Virus record (IMG/VR): IMGVR_UViG_3300046382_000011
Location: 1 to 39,271 of that record
Direction: 5' to 3' (one strand)
DNA: 39,271 nt
Source: a virus
Lineage: Duplodnaviria; Caudoviricetes
In this document: positions 1-7,799 of the stretch, piece after piece
Numbering within the stretch: the first letter of the stretch is position 1
Layout of the letters: each line of letters starts with the position of its first letter
The notes under the pieces: model-generated
What the model was told of the DNA's origin: nothing
Databases searched by the model: none
What the model saw: only the letters and a program-made list of their open reading frames with translations
Program-made: the position numbers and the translations under genes

Positions 1-30
1 GGTTTGTGTTCTTCCGCGCCTGCGACTTTC
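1..30. repeat. 30-nt terminal direct repeat (copy 1); circular assembly overlap
   Basis: ggtttgtgttcttccgcgcctgcgactttc at 1-30 is identical to 39242-39271. Confidence 0.95.
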
Positions 31-944
31 AGCAGACTTCGAAGCGTGACCGGGCGGCCCGAGTAACGCCCCAGGCTGTTCCAGGTCAGCTCGAACTTCT
101 CGTCGGCGTGCTTGGCACTGGACGACGACCACTCGTACGCCAGTTCGCGCCCTGCGTCCGACAGTTCGTGATGCACTGCCGCGATGACGTTGAACCAATG
201 CTCGTAGGACGCGTCGCCGTTCGGGTGCGCGCGCAGCAGCCGCGCGACTTCCGGTTCGCTCTTGCCTACCGGCTGATCCGCGAATGGATCATGGCTGCCC
301 AAACGATCGACAGACCTCGATTCCATTTGTACGTTAGAGGCAATCCGCCACTTGCCTTGCGCAACGAGGCCGGACGCAATGCGTTCGAATGCGTCAATAA
401 CGCGTTGAGCGTCATCTCGACTGAGACACGGAAGGGCATCCCGCTCCACCACACTAATTCCATTGGCGTCGATACCGTCAAACCAGGCATAAGGCAACCC
501 AGTTTCGGGGTGGATATGGTAGGCCACCCACTGCTGACCGTCTCCGAGAATCTCGACCTTGTGTTCATTTTTCCCATCCGTGTAAATGCTGGACACCATC
601 TTGCGAAACGGCGTGTCGGAACGGAACGGCACCAGAAACTTGGGCGCCATGCCCGTTCGGGTCATCAGCAACTGGCCGGCGAAGATCCGGTCGATTTCGT
701 CAGACATGCGCTGCGCGATGTCAGGGTCCAGAATGTCTACGTCAATCGCTGGCGTGCTCGCCGCAATCACACCAACACCTGCCTGCGCCGAGCCGTTAGC
801 GGCCATCCTGCGCACGTCCTCGACGCTCAGATTGGCTTGCGGCCATCCCTTCATGCGCGGCCCTTTAGAGCCAGGTGGCAACGGGACAATACGGTACCCG
901 TGGCGGACAAGATCTTCGCCCAGGTCTTTGAAGTATTGGGGCAT
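1..944 (-). CDS. Primase-helicase, N-terminal part (bifunctional Prim-Pol + PriCT-2); continues across the junction into 39241..38200
   Basis: Own translation from ATG 944: MPQYFKDLGEDLVRHGYRIVPLPPGSKGPRMKGW...PAIDVDILD...KVEILGDGQQWVAYHIHPETG...SYEHWFNVIAAVHHEL...WSSSSAKH; in frame with the AAA ORF after removing the 30-nt overlap (~661 aa in total); missing from the ORF track. Confidence 0.85.
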   Translation of the reverse strand, partial: MPQYFKDLGEDLVRHGYRIVPLPPGSKGPRMKGWPQANLSVEDVRRMAANGSAQAGVGVIAASTPAIDVDILDPDIAQRMSDEIDRIFAGQLLMTRTGMAPKFLVPFRSDTPFRKMVSSIYTDGKNEHKVEILGDGQQWVAYHIHPETGLPYAWFDGIDANGISVVERDALPCLSRDDAQRVIDAFERIASGLVAQGKWRIASNVQMESRSVDRLGSHDPFADQPVGKSEPEVARLLRAHPNGDASYEHWFNVIAAVHHELSDAGRELAYEWSSSSAKHADEKFELTWNSLGRYSGRPVTLRSLLKVAGAEEHK

Positions 945-1120
945 TACGCCTCCGATTTTTCTTGCTTCGAATCGATATAGGCGTATACCTCTTCGCTTTT
1001 CCAGAACACCCGCCCGCCAATCTTGACCGCTTTCGGGAAATCGGGCTCCTGCATGCGAAGGTAAAGCGTGGCTCGGGAGACGGGAATAAGCGCCAGAACA
1101 TCGGCAATAGGGATCAGCAT
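944..1120 (-). CDS. AlpA/excisionase-like HTH DNA-binding protein (58 aa)
   Basis: MLIPIADVLALIPVSRATLYLRMQEPDFPKAVKIGGRVFWKSEEVYAYIDSKQEKSEA; SRATLY...FPK.VKIG...W pattern; AGGAG RBS; TAATG coupling to the primase start. Confidence 0.85.
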   Translation of the reverse strand: MLIPIADVLALIPVSRATLYLRMQEPDFPKAVKIGGRVFWKSEEVYAYIDSKQEKSEA

Positions 1121-1185
1121 GGGTTCTCCTAGGTTGTCTTACGGGGTCTTGGCATCCTACACCCGACCCGCCAACCCCGCAATAG

Positions 1186-1208
1186 AAAAAGCCCGCATTG
1201 CGCGGGCT
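1186..1208 (-). terminator. Rho-independent terminator
   Basis: Minus strand AGCCCGC-GCAAT-GCGGGCT followed by a T run, downstream of 1241..2137. Confidence 0.75.
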
Positions 1209-1240
1209 CTGAAAACAACAAAGGAGACGGGGCTAGTGTA

Positions 1241-2137
1241 TCACGATCCGCGATCAGCGAGAAGCGCGCGGAGCGTCTTTGCGACAGCCTTTGTCCTTTC
1301 GTGCCAGTCCTTATCGAAGTGGTACATCAGGTTCGCTCGGCTGTCGTGGCCGATGAAGATGGTCAGCAATAGAGCAGCGTCCTTAACCGCCTTGCGATGC
1401 TCATCCGTCAGCGATTTCGGCGAGGGGGCGGGGTGGGCGAGAATGTTGCGGAGAGCCTTAGCCTCATCTCCGCGCCCCATGAAATCCAGATCGTCTGCGT
1501 GTAAAAGGAGGTTCATACGCTGTGCCTCCGTCAGCGTTTCCGGCTCGCTGGCGGGGTGGGCAAAATAGAGCGGCGTGGCAACGTAGCCGGTCACAATGCG
1601 GGCCTTCTCGATGTGCGCCAGTTCTTCTGGATAGAGAAGGCCGCGGTTTCCGTTTGCATAAGCCATGTCGTACGCCACCGCTCCGGTAGTCAGCGCATCG
1701 ACGGCTGGCTGCGCTATCGGCGCTTCCCATTGTCCCTTCAGGAACGGGCCGTTCGGATCGGCCCACAGCTTTTCCATAATCTTCTTGCCTTCCTCCAGCG
1801 CATCGACGGCTGGCGCTTCCGGCGAGGGGGCGGGCATCGTCAGAACCGTGCCGACCGGGAAATACTCATGCGGCAGCATGTCGGCAAACTGCGGATTGCA
1901 CGCGAGAATGTGCCGCCATTCAGCCTCGTTCCCGCACTGGCGTAGCGCGATGCCTGCCACCGACTCGCCGGGCTGCGTGGTGTATGTACGCTCTGTCGGC
2001 GCAATGGCGTCAGTCGCTTCGGTAGTGGCGAGTGCGGCGCGGGCTTGCCATGCGCGTAATGCGACGGATCGGATCAAATCCGTGGGCGTCCATTCTTGAC
2101 GCGCAAGCCATTCCTCAAACAATTCTTCCTCGTTCAT
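1241..2137 (-). CDS. Mosaic hypothetical protein with a LysM/tail-X-like module
   Basis: YTTQPGESVAGIALRQCGNEAEWRHILACNPQ...FPVGTVLTMP fits the LysM/tail-X pattern; repeated linkers PAVDAL and AHPA. Confidence 0.6.
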   Translation of the reverse strand: MNEEELFEEWLARQEWTPTDLIRSVALRAWQARAALATTEATDAIAPTERTYTTQPGESVAGIALRQCGNEAEWRHILACNPQFADMLPHEYFPVGTVLTMPAPSPEAPAVDALEEGKKIMEKLWADPNGPFLKGQWEAPIAQPAVDALTTGAVAYDMAYANGNRGLLYPEELAHIEKARIVTGYVATPLYFAHPASEPETLTEAQRMNLLLHADDLDFMGRGDEAKALRNILAHPAPSPKSLTDEHRKAVKDAALLLTIFIGHDSRANLMYHFDKDWHERTKAVAKTLRALLADRGS

Positions 2138-2138
2138 A

Positions 2139-2783
2139 TCAGAATCTCCTTTTAATCTCGATCACATCAGCATCGTTCCACAATGGCGGAACGTTCATCT
2201 GTCTACTGTTCAGACCCGTGAAGTAATGCCGGTAATTCACGGACCACTTGCCATCGCCCACGGACGCGCCCACCACAGGCGCAACACGCCAGGCATTGTC
2301 AGAGCGTACCTGTACCTGAAACGCTGGAGTAATCACGTTATCCGACCACGTGTCCCGGTACACGTACGCGCCGACCTCGGCGCCCCAGCGCAGGCCCCAG
2401 CGCCACGCATACGGTTCCAGTGACAGGACAACACCGCTCATGTGGCCGGAGCCCGTGAACGCGCCCTTGTCGGCGTCCTTCAGTACCTTGTGCGCAACAG
2501 GATCGTAGTTCGCATCCGACACGCAGACACAGGACGCGGCAGCGCGGCCCAGGTAGACGTAATCCGCGTGCCAGTCGAGGCCCCACGCGCCGCGCTGGAT
2601 GACGGGACCCGTCAGGCCGGCGGAGAACGCAGGCGCACGCGAGCGCAGCGAGTGGCTTACGTCCTGCTGCCACCAGCGGCCATCCTCGGTTTCGTATTGC
2701 GCCATGCCGATACCAGCTTCGTACTCAAACCACGAAGCGTGGGCAGCGACTGGCAGGGCAAGAAGCAGGAGAAGGGGTTTCAT
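2139..2783 (-). CDS. Putative outer-membrane beta-barrel protein
   Basis: Signal peptide ending AHA-S; alternating amphipathic strands rich in W/Y/G; C-terminal Phe (IEIKRRF). Confidence 0.65.
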   Translation of the reverse strand: MKPLLLLLALPVAAHASWFEYEAGIGMAQYETEDGRWWQQDVSHSLRSRAPAFSAGLTGPVIQRGAWGLDWHADYVYLGRAAASCVCVSDANYDPVAHKVLKDADKGAFTGSGHMSGVVLSLEPYAWRWGLRWGAEVGAYVYRDTWSDNVITPAFQVQVRSDNAWRVAPVVGASVGDGKWSVNYRHYFTGLNSRQMNVPPLWNDADVIEIKRRF

Positions 2784-3007
2784 TTCAGTCTCGGTTTATC
2801 AGAAAGACCTAACAGGAAGTCGGCGGATACATTAAGCACCTGGCACAACTTCGTCAGCATCTCCCGGCTCGGGTCGCGCTTGTCCAGGCGCAGTCCGGAG
2901 ATGGTCGAGGAACTAGTCCCTGTTGCGCGTGCCAGCGCGTTCGTTCGCATCTCCGCTCTGCTTTGCGCCTTCATCAGTCGCACCCCGAATGTGTCTTGCA
3001 TTTTCAA
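2780..3007 (-). CDS. XRE-family HTH regulator
   Basis: FGVRL...LARATGTSSSTISGLRLDKRDPSREMLTKLCQVLNVSADFLLG. Confidence 0.85.
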   Translation of the reverse strand: MKMQDTFGVRLMKAQSRAEMRTNALARATGTSSSTISGLRLDKRDPSREMLTKLCQVLNVSADFLLGLSDKPRLK

Positions 3008-3107
3008 TCTCCTTGATTGCGTCCGTAAGAAGCTGCGCCATACGCCAATCGCCCGCCATGTCGCAGGCGATAGACGCGCTAAGTAGTTTCAAAACGATAT
3101 CCCTCAT
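2913..3107 (-). CDS. Small hypothetical protein
   Basis: ATGA coupling to the upstream gene, but overlaps the XRE gene by ~95 nt. Confidence 0.35.
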   Translation of the reverse strand: MRDIVLKLLSASIACDMAGDWRMAQLLTDAIKEIENARHIRGATDEGAKQSGDANERAGTRNRD

Positions 3108-3370
3108 GAGCAACCCTTATAGTGCTGGCACTTCGCGCACGCTTCAGCCAGGTCCCCGCGACGCAGTTCGGGAAGCGGTTTATGTCGCCCTCGCTTCGCA
3201 ATCGCTGCTGCTGACTTCTCGATCCGCCCCGCCAGTTCGCTACTTGCCTTGCGCGTGCCGTACGACAACTGGTAGAGAAGCGAGAGCGACGTTTCCGCGT
3301 TTTCCGCTAACTCGCGCTTCTCCTCAATCGTTGATTCCTTCATCCACGCTTTGAATTTGGCAATCGCCAC
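3104..3370 (-). CDS. Cro/CI-like HTH protein
   Basis: KRELAENAETSLSLLYQLSYGTRKASSELAGRIE; C-terminal CxxC. Confidence 0.65.
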   Translation of the reverse strand: MAIAKFKAWMKESTIEEKRELAENAETSLSLLYQLSYGTRKASSELAGRIEKSAAAIAKRGRHKPLPELRRGDLAEACAKCQHYKGCS

Positions 3371-3531
3371 TAAAGCCCCCTATCCTCAAATTCCTTCCTG
3401 TTACGACGTTCAAAGCGACGGTGCCACTCGTCGCGCTCTTTCTTAAGTAGTACTTCGCGGATCATGGCGAAGATGCACAGCATGCCAACCGCTGCACACC
3501 CCACGATCAGAATGATTGATGTGTCGTCCAT
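3370..3531 (-). CDS. Small single-TM membrane protein (53 aa)
   Basis: MDDTSIILIVGCAAVGMLCIFAMIREVLLKK...; packed between its neighbours. Confidence 0.55.
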   Translation of the reverse strand: MDDTSIILIVGCAAVGMLCIFAMIREVLLKKERDEWHRRFERRNRKEFEDRGL

Positions 3532-3532
3532 G

Positions 3533-3790
3533 TCAGGCGGGCTGTTTGGTGACGCTCGACAGACGCTTGGCAAAGCCGATGCACTCATCAAGCGATGTAG
3601 ACGAGAAAGCCGTTTCATGCCGCGTGCCTTTCTCAACAGCAACTTTGTAGCCGTTCGGCGTTGCAGCGACAAACACAAACGGGCCGGAGACGTACTCCAT
3701 CGGGCGCATGAGAATGCAGCCAAGTTCCTCCGCGCGAACCGCTTCAGCCGATCCGAAACCCTGACGTGCGTAAAAGTAGACTTCGTTCAT
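3533..3790 (-). CDS. Hypothetical early protein
   Basis: First gene after the leftward promoter; GGAG RBS. Confidence 0.65.
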   Translation of the reverse strand: MNEVYFYARQGFGSAEAVRAEELGCILMRPMEYVSGPFVFVAATPNGYKVAVEKGTRHETAFSSTSLDECIGFAKRLSSVTKQPA

Positions 3791-3816
3791 GTCTGTTCTC
3801 CGTTGTTGATGACTCC

Positions 3817-3845
3817 ACTATAGCAAATGCGAAACAGCAATGCAA
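3817..3845 (-). promoter_or_regulatory. Leftward sigma70-like promoter with the shared phage motif
   Basis: TTGCAT-17-TATAGT with extended -10 TG; contains TTTCGCATTTGCTATAGT. Confidence 0.7.
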
Positions 3846-3858
3846 GTGCAAAATTGTC

Positions 3859-3887
3859 TTGACAGCGAAATTTTCCGCGACTAAATT
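3859..3887 (+). promoter_or_regulatory. Rightward sigma70-like promoter for the replication arm
   Basis: TTGACA-17-TAAATT in the divergent intergenic region. Confidence 0.75.
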
Positions 3888-3920
3888 ACGAACCGCAGTC
3901 ACCCACCAAAGGAGATACAA

Positions 3921-4379
3921 ATGTCATTGGAAGCAAAGATCGAACTGCTGACCGCAGCAGTCGTTGAATTGACGCGCGCATTGACGGAAGACAAACAGCC
4001 GCAAGAGGTAAACATTTACCCAAACGGCCCTGCGGATGGACAGACCGCGAAGTCTGCCGACAAGTCTGCTGCAACGGAAACGGCTACGTCTTCAGAAGCT
4101 GCCACTACCGTAAAGGCTGAAGTCCCAAACGGCAAATCCTCGCCCACTACCGACACTTCGCCGCCTTCCTCGAACGAATCGCCAGCGGTGACTTACGATG
4201 AAGTATCGAAGTCCATCGTCGCGGTTAGCAAGATCGACAGGGCAAAGGCAATCGCAGCACTGGCGCGTTTCGGCGTGAAGAACGGCAAGGAGCTTACGAA
4301 ACAGCAATGGCCGGATGTGCTTGTCTACATGAAGCGTGTCGCAGCTGGCGAGATCGATCCGGAGTCGTCGCATGAGTGA
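3921..4379 (+). CDS. Hypothetical protein of the replication module
   Basis: AAGGAG RBS; coiled N-terminus, low-complexity linker and helical C-terminus (LARFGVKNGKEL), the type usually found ahead of DUF2800. Confidence 0.75.
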   Translation: MSLEAKIELLTAAVVELTRALTEDKQPQEVNIYPNGPADGQTAKSADKSAATETATSSEAATTVKAEVPNGKSSPTTDTSPPSSNESPAVTYDEVSKSIVAVSKIDRAKAIAALARFGVKNGKELTKQQWPDVLVYMKRVAAGEIDPESSHE

Positions 4380-5616
4380 CGAATACCACGCACTCGCAAG
4401 CCCCTCATCGTCAGCCAAGTGGCTAAACTGCGCGAACTCGCTGGCTATGGAAATCGGCCAGCCGGAAGGCGACACGGGCGCAGCAGACCTGGGCACGGAC
4501 AAGCACGAACTGCTGGCACTGTGTCTGGAGTTCAAGCAGGACGCGATGACCTATGAGGGGCACATCCTCAAGAAGGGTCATACGGTCAACAAGGAGATTG
4601 CTGCCGATGTTCAAACTGTTCTGGATAGCGTGCGTGATCGGATACGCGCTTACTCACTTCGTGGGGCTGCTGTCACTGTTGACGTTGAACAGGACGTTCC
4701 CATTGAACACATCACTGGCGAAGCTGATGCGACGGGCCGTGTTGATATCGTCCTGCGTATTAGCTGGCCTGATGGTGCGACAGATGCTGATGTGATCGAC
4801 GCGAAGTTCGGATACCAGGAAGTGCTTGCGGAGAACAACACGCAGGGACTGATGTACATGTCAGGCGTGGTCGAGAAGTTCTCACTGGTTGATGAATTCC
4901 GCAATGTGTCTTTCGTGATCGAACAGCCGCTGCGCACGAACAGCGAGTGGACAGTTACGCCTGACATCATCAACGAATGGGTAGAGTGGGCCTCTCCGCG
5001 CGCCGCCAAGGCGATCCTGATTCACAAGATGGCAGGCGAACGCGCACTGAAGGAAGAGGACTTCGCGCCGGCAGAGAAGACCTGCCAATGGTGCAAGGCA
5101 AAGGCGGTTTGTCCTGCGCTCTTGAAGAAGGTTGAAGATGTGATCGGCGCGGACTTCGAAACCATCGCCAGCGGAGAAGACAAGCCTTGGGACCCGAACA
5201 CGATGGAAAGCATGACGTTGCTTGGTTCGCTTTTCCCGCATCTCGAACTGATCGAAGACTGGATCAAGGCAGTACGCGCACGCATCGAAGCGGAAGTGCT
5301 GAACGGGCGCCCGGTGCCCGGCGTGAAGGTAGTTGCAGGCAAGAAGGGTAATCGCGCCTGGGCTTCTGATGAAGAGGCGGAAGCCATGATGAAGAAGTTC
5401 AAGATGAAGCAGGACCAGATGTACAGCTTCAAACTGCTCGGACCGAAACCAATTCTTGATGCGCTGAAGGATCAGCCACGGCGCCTGAAACAAATCGAAG
5501 CACTGGTCGTGCAGCCTGCCGGTAAGCCGCATGTGGTTCTGGAGTCGGACAAGCGTCCGGCGATTGAGATTACACCTGTCGAAGATGGCTTCGACACTGT
5601 TGATGAACTTTGTTAA
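4372..5616 (+). CDS. DUF2800 / Cas4-like PD-(D/E)xK exonuclease
   Basis: HALASPSSSAKWLNC, GTDKHE, GRVD...VIDAKFG, ENNTQGLMY, CQWCKAKAVCP. Confidence 0.85.
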   Translation: MSDEYHALASPSSSAKWLNCANSLAMEIGQPEGDTGAADLGTDKHELLALCLEFKQDAMTYEGHILKKGHTVNKEIAADVQTVLDSVRDRIRAYSLRGAAVTVDVEQDVPIEHITGEADATGRVDIVLRISWPDGATDADVIDAKFGYQEVLAENNTQGLMYMSGVVEKFSLVDEFRNVSFVIEQPLRTNSEWTVTPDIINEWVEWASPRAAKAILIHKMAGERALKEEDFAPAEKTCQWCKAKAVCPALLKKVEDVIGADFETIASGEDKPWDPNTMESMTLLGSLFPHLELIEDWIKAVRARIEAEVLNGRPVPGVKVVAGKKGNRAWASDEEAEAMMKKFKMKQDQMYSFKLLGPKPILDALKDQPRRLKQIEALVVQPAGKPHVVLESDKRPAIEITPVEDGFDTVDELC

Positions 5617-5628
5617 GGAGATTTGAAA

Positions 5629-6216
5629 ATGGGTACTATCGTTCAACTGAAGCACGTTCGTATTGCGTTCATCGACGATCTGTTCGAACCGGGCCAGTAC
5701 GAAGGCAAGGGTGATTTTCGCCACACTGCCACGTTCATCGTGGAACCCGGCAGCGTGAACAACACGGCCATCCAGATGGCCATCATGAACGAGGCTACCG
5801 CGCTGTGGGGCAAGAAGGCGGACAGCATGCTCGAAGACATGCGCGGGAACAAAAACAAGTTCTCATACATGAAGAACAAGAAGGACAAGGCAGGCGACGT
5901 GTACGACGGTTTCGAAAACATGTACGCCCTGTCCGGTGTGCGCAAACAGAAGGACGGTGCACCGCTCTTTCTTCACAACGTGAAGGACCCGTCCACGGGG
6001 AAGGCGCAACGCCTGACGGGCAAGGAGGGCATCATCTACGCCGGGTGCTACGTGAACGCGAAGGTGGAGATGTGGGCGCAGGGCGGCACGTATAGCGGCA
6101 TGCGTTGCGGTCTCCTGGGCGTGCAGTTCGACGGCCACGGTGACAGCTTTGGAGGCGCTTCACGGGCTACGGATGATGGCTTCGATGCTGTCGATGCGGA
6201 AGACGAACTGGCATAG
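5629..6216 (+). CDS. DUF2815 single-stranded DNA-binding protein
   Basis: IYAGCYVNAKV, GLLGVQFDGHGDSFGG, acidic C-terminal tail. Confidence 0.88.
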   Translation: MGTIVQLKHVRIAFIDDLFEPGQYEGKGDFRHTATFIVEPGSVNNTAIQMAIMNEATALWGKKADSMLEDMRGNKNKFSYMKNKKDKAGDVYDGFENMYALSGVRKQKDGAPLFLHNVKDPSTGKAQRLTGKEGIIYAGCYVNAKVEMWAQGGTYSGMRCGLLGVQFDGHGDSFGGASRATDDGFDAVDAEDELA

Positions 6217-6218
6217 TC

Positions 6219-6494
6219 ATGGCGCGCTACCACGTCCGATGCAGCAGCCGGAAGTGCAGAGCGCGCCGCGTAATGAAGCGCCATCCTGACGACTATTTGC
6301 ATCCGCCTAAATGCTGGTCCTGCGGCGGACGCAAGTTCACGATTGACCCCTGGATGACAAAGCGAAATACGCGCGCAATGGGCTGTATGTGTGCAGGGTA
6401 CGCATGGGGCGGCGTGATGTCAGGGGCGATGCATAGGCGCGGCTCTCTGCATTGCTGGTACACCAACGACGGAAGAGACAAGGCGTTTTTATGA
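6219..6494 (+). CDS. Cys-rich zinc-ribbon protein
   Basis: CxxxxC...CxxC...CxC...HRRGSLHC. Confidence 0.65.
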   Translation: MARYHVRCSSRKCRARRVMKRHPDDYLHPPKCWSCGGRKFTIDPWMTKRNTRAMGCMCAGYAWGGVMSGAMHRRGSLHCWYTNDGRDKAFL

Positions 6495-6820
6495 ATACCT
6501 ATCGGCACAAGTTCTATTCGCTATGCCCTAACAACGGGAAACTGATCGAATATGCCTTCGAACTGGTCACGAATAAAATGATCCAGGTAGAAGAGATCGT
6601 TAAGGGTTGCGCGGTCCACAAGATGGGCTATCACGAAGCTATCGCAGATGATCTGCTGAAAGTCTTCGGCGGCGCGCAGACTCTAAAAGCACACCACCAC
6701 GGCGTGGACATCGAAACGAGCCGGTCAGAAAGGAAACTCGATCAGCGAGTGGTTATCGGTCCTCGCGTGTTTGAGAAGGGTGTTGCCCTTTCCACGCTTA
6801 TTGAATACCTGACGGCATGA
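6491..6820 (+). CDS. QueF-like (T-fold) protein
   Basis: FYSLCPNNG matches QueF FTSLCP.TG (catalytic Cys); YHE matches QueF FHE; HHGVDI matches RGGI.I; ATGA-coupled. Confidence 0.6.
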   Translation: MNTYRHKFYSLCPNNGKLIEYAFELVTNKMIQVEEIVKGCAVHKMGYHEAIADDLLKVFGGAQTLKAHHHGVDIETSRSERKLDQRVVIGPRVFEKGVALSTLIEYLTA

Positions 6821-7050
6821 ACGAGACAGTGGGTGAGCGCATCCGCCGTCTCCGTAAGGAGACTGGACTGTCCGCTGATGCCGTAGGCGAGCGCATCCGC
6901 ATGAGCGGGACTTACGTGCTCGATGTCGAACGCAACAGCCACGCGCCGGGTTTCTTCATGGCGATTGAGTTATCGAAACTGTTCGGCGTGAGTCTCGACT
7001 ACCTGGCCGGCCTGACCGAACACCAGAATAACCCTTACGTGAAACGATGA
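6817..7050 (+). CDS. XRE-family HTH regulator
   Basis: GERIRRLRKETGLS...VERNSHAPG...LSKLFGVSLDYLAG. Confidence 0.88.
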   Translation: MNETVGERIRRLRKETGLSADAVGERIRMSGTYVLDVERNSHAPGFFMAIELSKLFGVSLDYLAGLTEHQNNPYVKR

Positions 7051-7799
7051 TCCACTATCACGGTTTGCCTATCACGCCTGACGAAGCCGCTATGCCCGTC
7101 GTACTGGCGGGGCACGTCTTCGTATCGTTCCGCCACCCCGGCCAGTTAGGGATGGCGCTTGAATACGCTTCGTCTTTCGCGCTGGATAACGGGGCTTTCT
7201 CCGCATGGATGAGCGGAAGTCCGGTAACCGATTGGGAACCGTACTATTCGTGGGTACAGGAACTGCACCGCTATCCGGGATTTGACTTTGCGTGCATCCC
7301 TGACGTGATCGACGGTGATGAAGCCGCCAACGATGAACTGATTAACCAGTGGCCTTGGCAGGAGAAGCGGTACATCGGGGCACCCGTGTGGCATATGCAC
7401 GAAAGCCTCGGGCGTTTGCAGCGTCTCGCGCTGAAATGGCCCCGCGTGTGCATCGGCAGTTCTGGCGAGTATGCGAAGGTGGGCGACGAAAAGTGGTACA
7501 TGCGCATGATGGAAGCGATGCAGGTAGTGTGCGACCGCGACGGGCGCCCCACGTGCAAGTTGCACGGTCTGCGTATGTTGAACCCGGATGTCTTCACGCG
7601 GTTTCCGTTCGCCAGCGCGGACAGCACGAACATTGGACGCAATATCGGGATCGACAAGGCATGGAAGGGTACTTATCGCCCTGCCACCAAGTCGGCTCGC
7701 GCGCGCGTGATGCGCGACAGGATCGAGTTTCACAATTCACCAACTTTTTTCAATCCGGAAGACCTTTACGAAAAGGTTCCGGGTCTGGAGTTCGTATGA
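7047..7799 (+). CDS. TGT/DpdA-like base-exchange transglycosylase
   Basis: TGT-barrel motifs in order: LDNGAFS, PDVI, PVWH, CIGSS, LHGL, ADST. Confidence 0.65.
   Translation: MIHYHGLPITPDEAAMPVVLAGHVFVSFRHPGQLGMALEYASSFALDNGAFSAWMSGSPVTDWEPYYSWVQELHRYPGFDFACIPDVIDGDEAANDELINQWPWQEKRYIGAPVWHMHESLGRLQRLALKWPRVCIGSSGEYAKVGDEKWYMRMMEAMQVVCDRDGRPTCKLHGLRMLNPDVFTRFPFASADSTNIGRNIGIDKAWKGTYRPATKSARARVMRDRIEFHNSPTFFNPEDLYEKVPGLEFV

Noticed and set aside
1-30. Terminal repeat as a biological DTR or att site
   Set aside because: It falls mid-gene in the primase-helicase and the frame is restored by collapsing it, so it is best explained as assembly overlap
6-980. 324-aa plus-strand ORF
   Set aside because: Antisense shadow of the minus-strand Prim-Pol region; no recognisable motifs
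4372-5616. Cas4-like nuclease as evidence of a CRISPR system
   Set aside because: Standard DUF2800 member of this replication module; I saw no repeat-spacer array or other cas genes
7349-7795. N-terminal extension of the polymerase in the ORF track
   Set aside because: Overlaps the DpdA-like gene; the exonuclease motif begins right after ATG 7796
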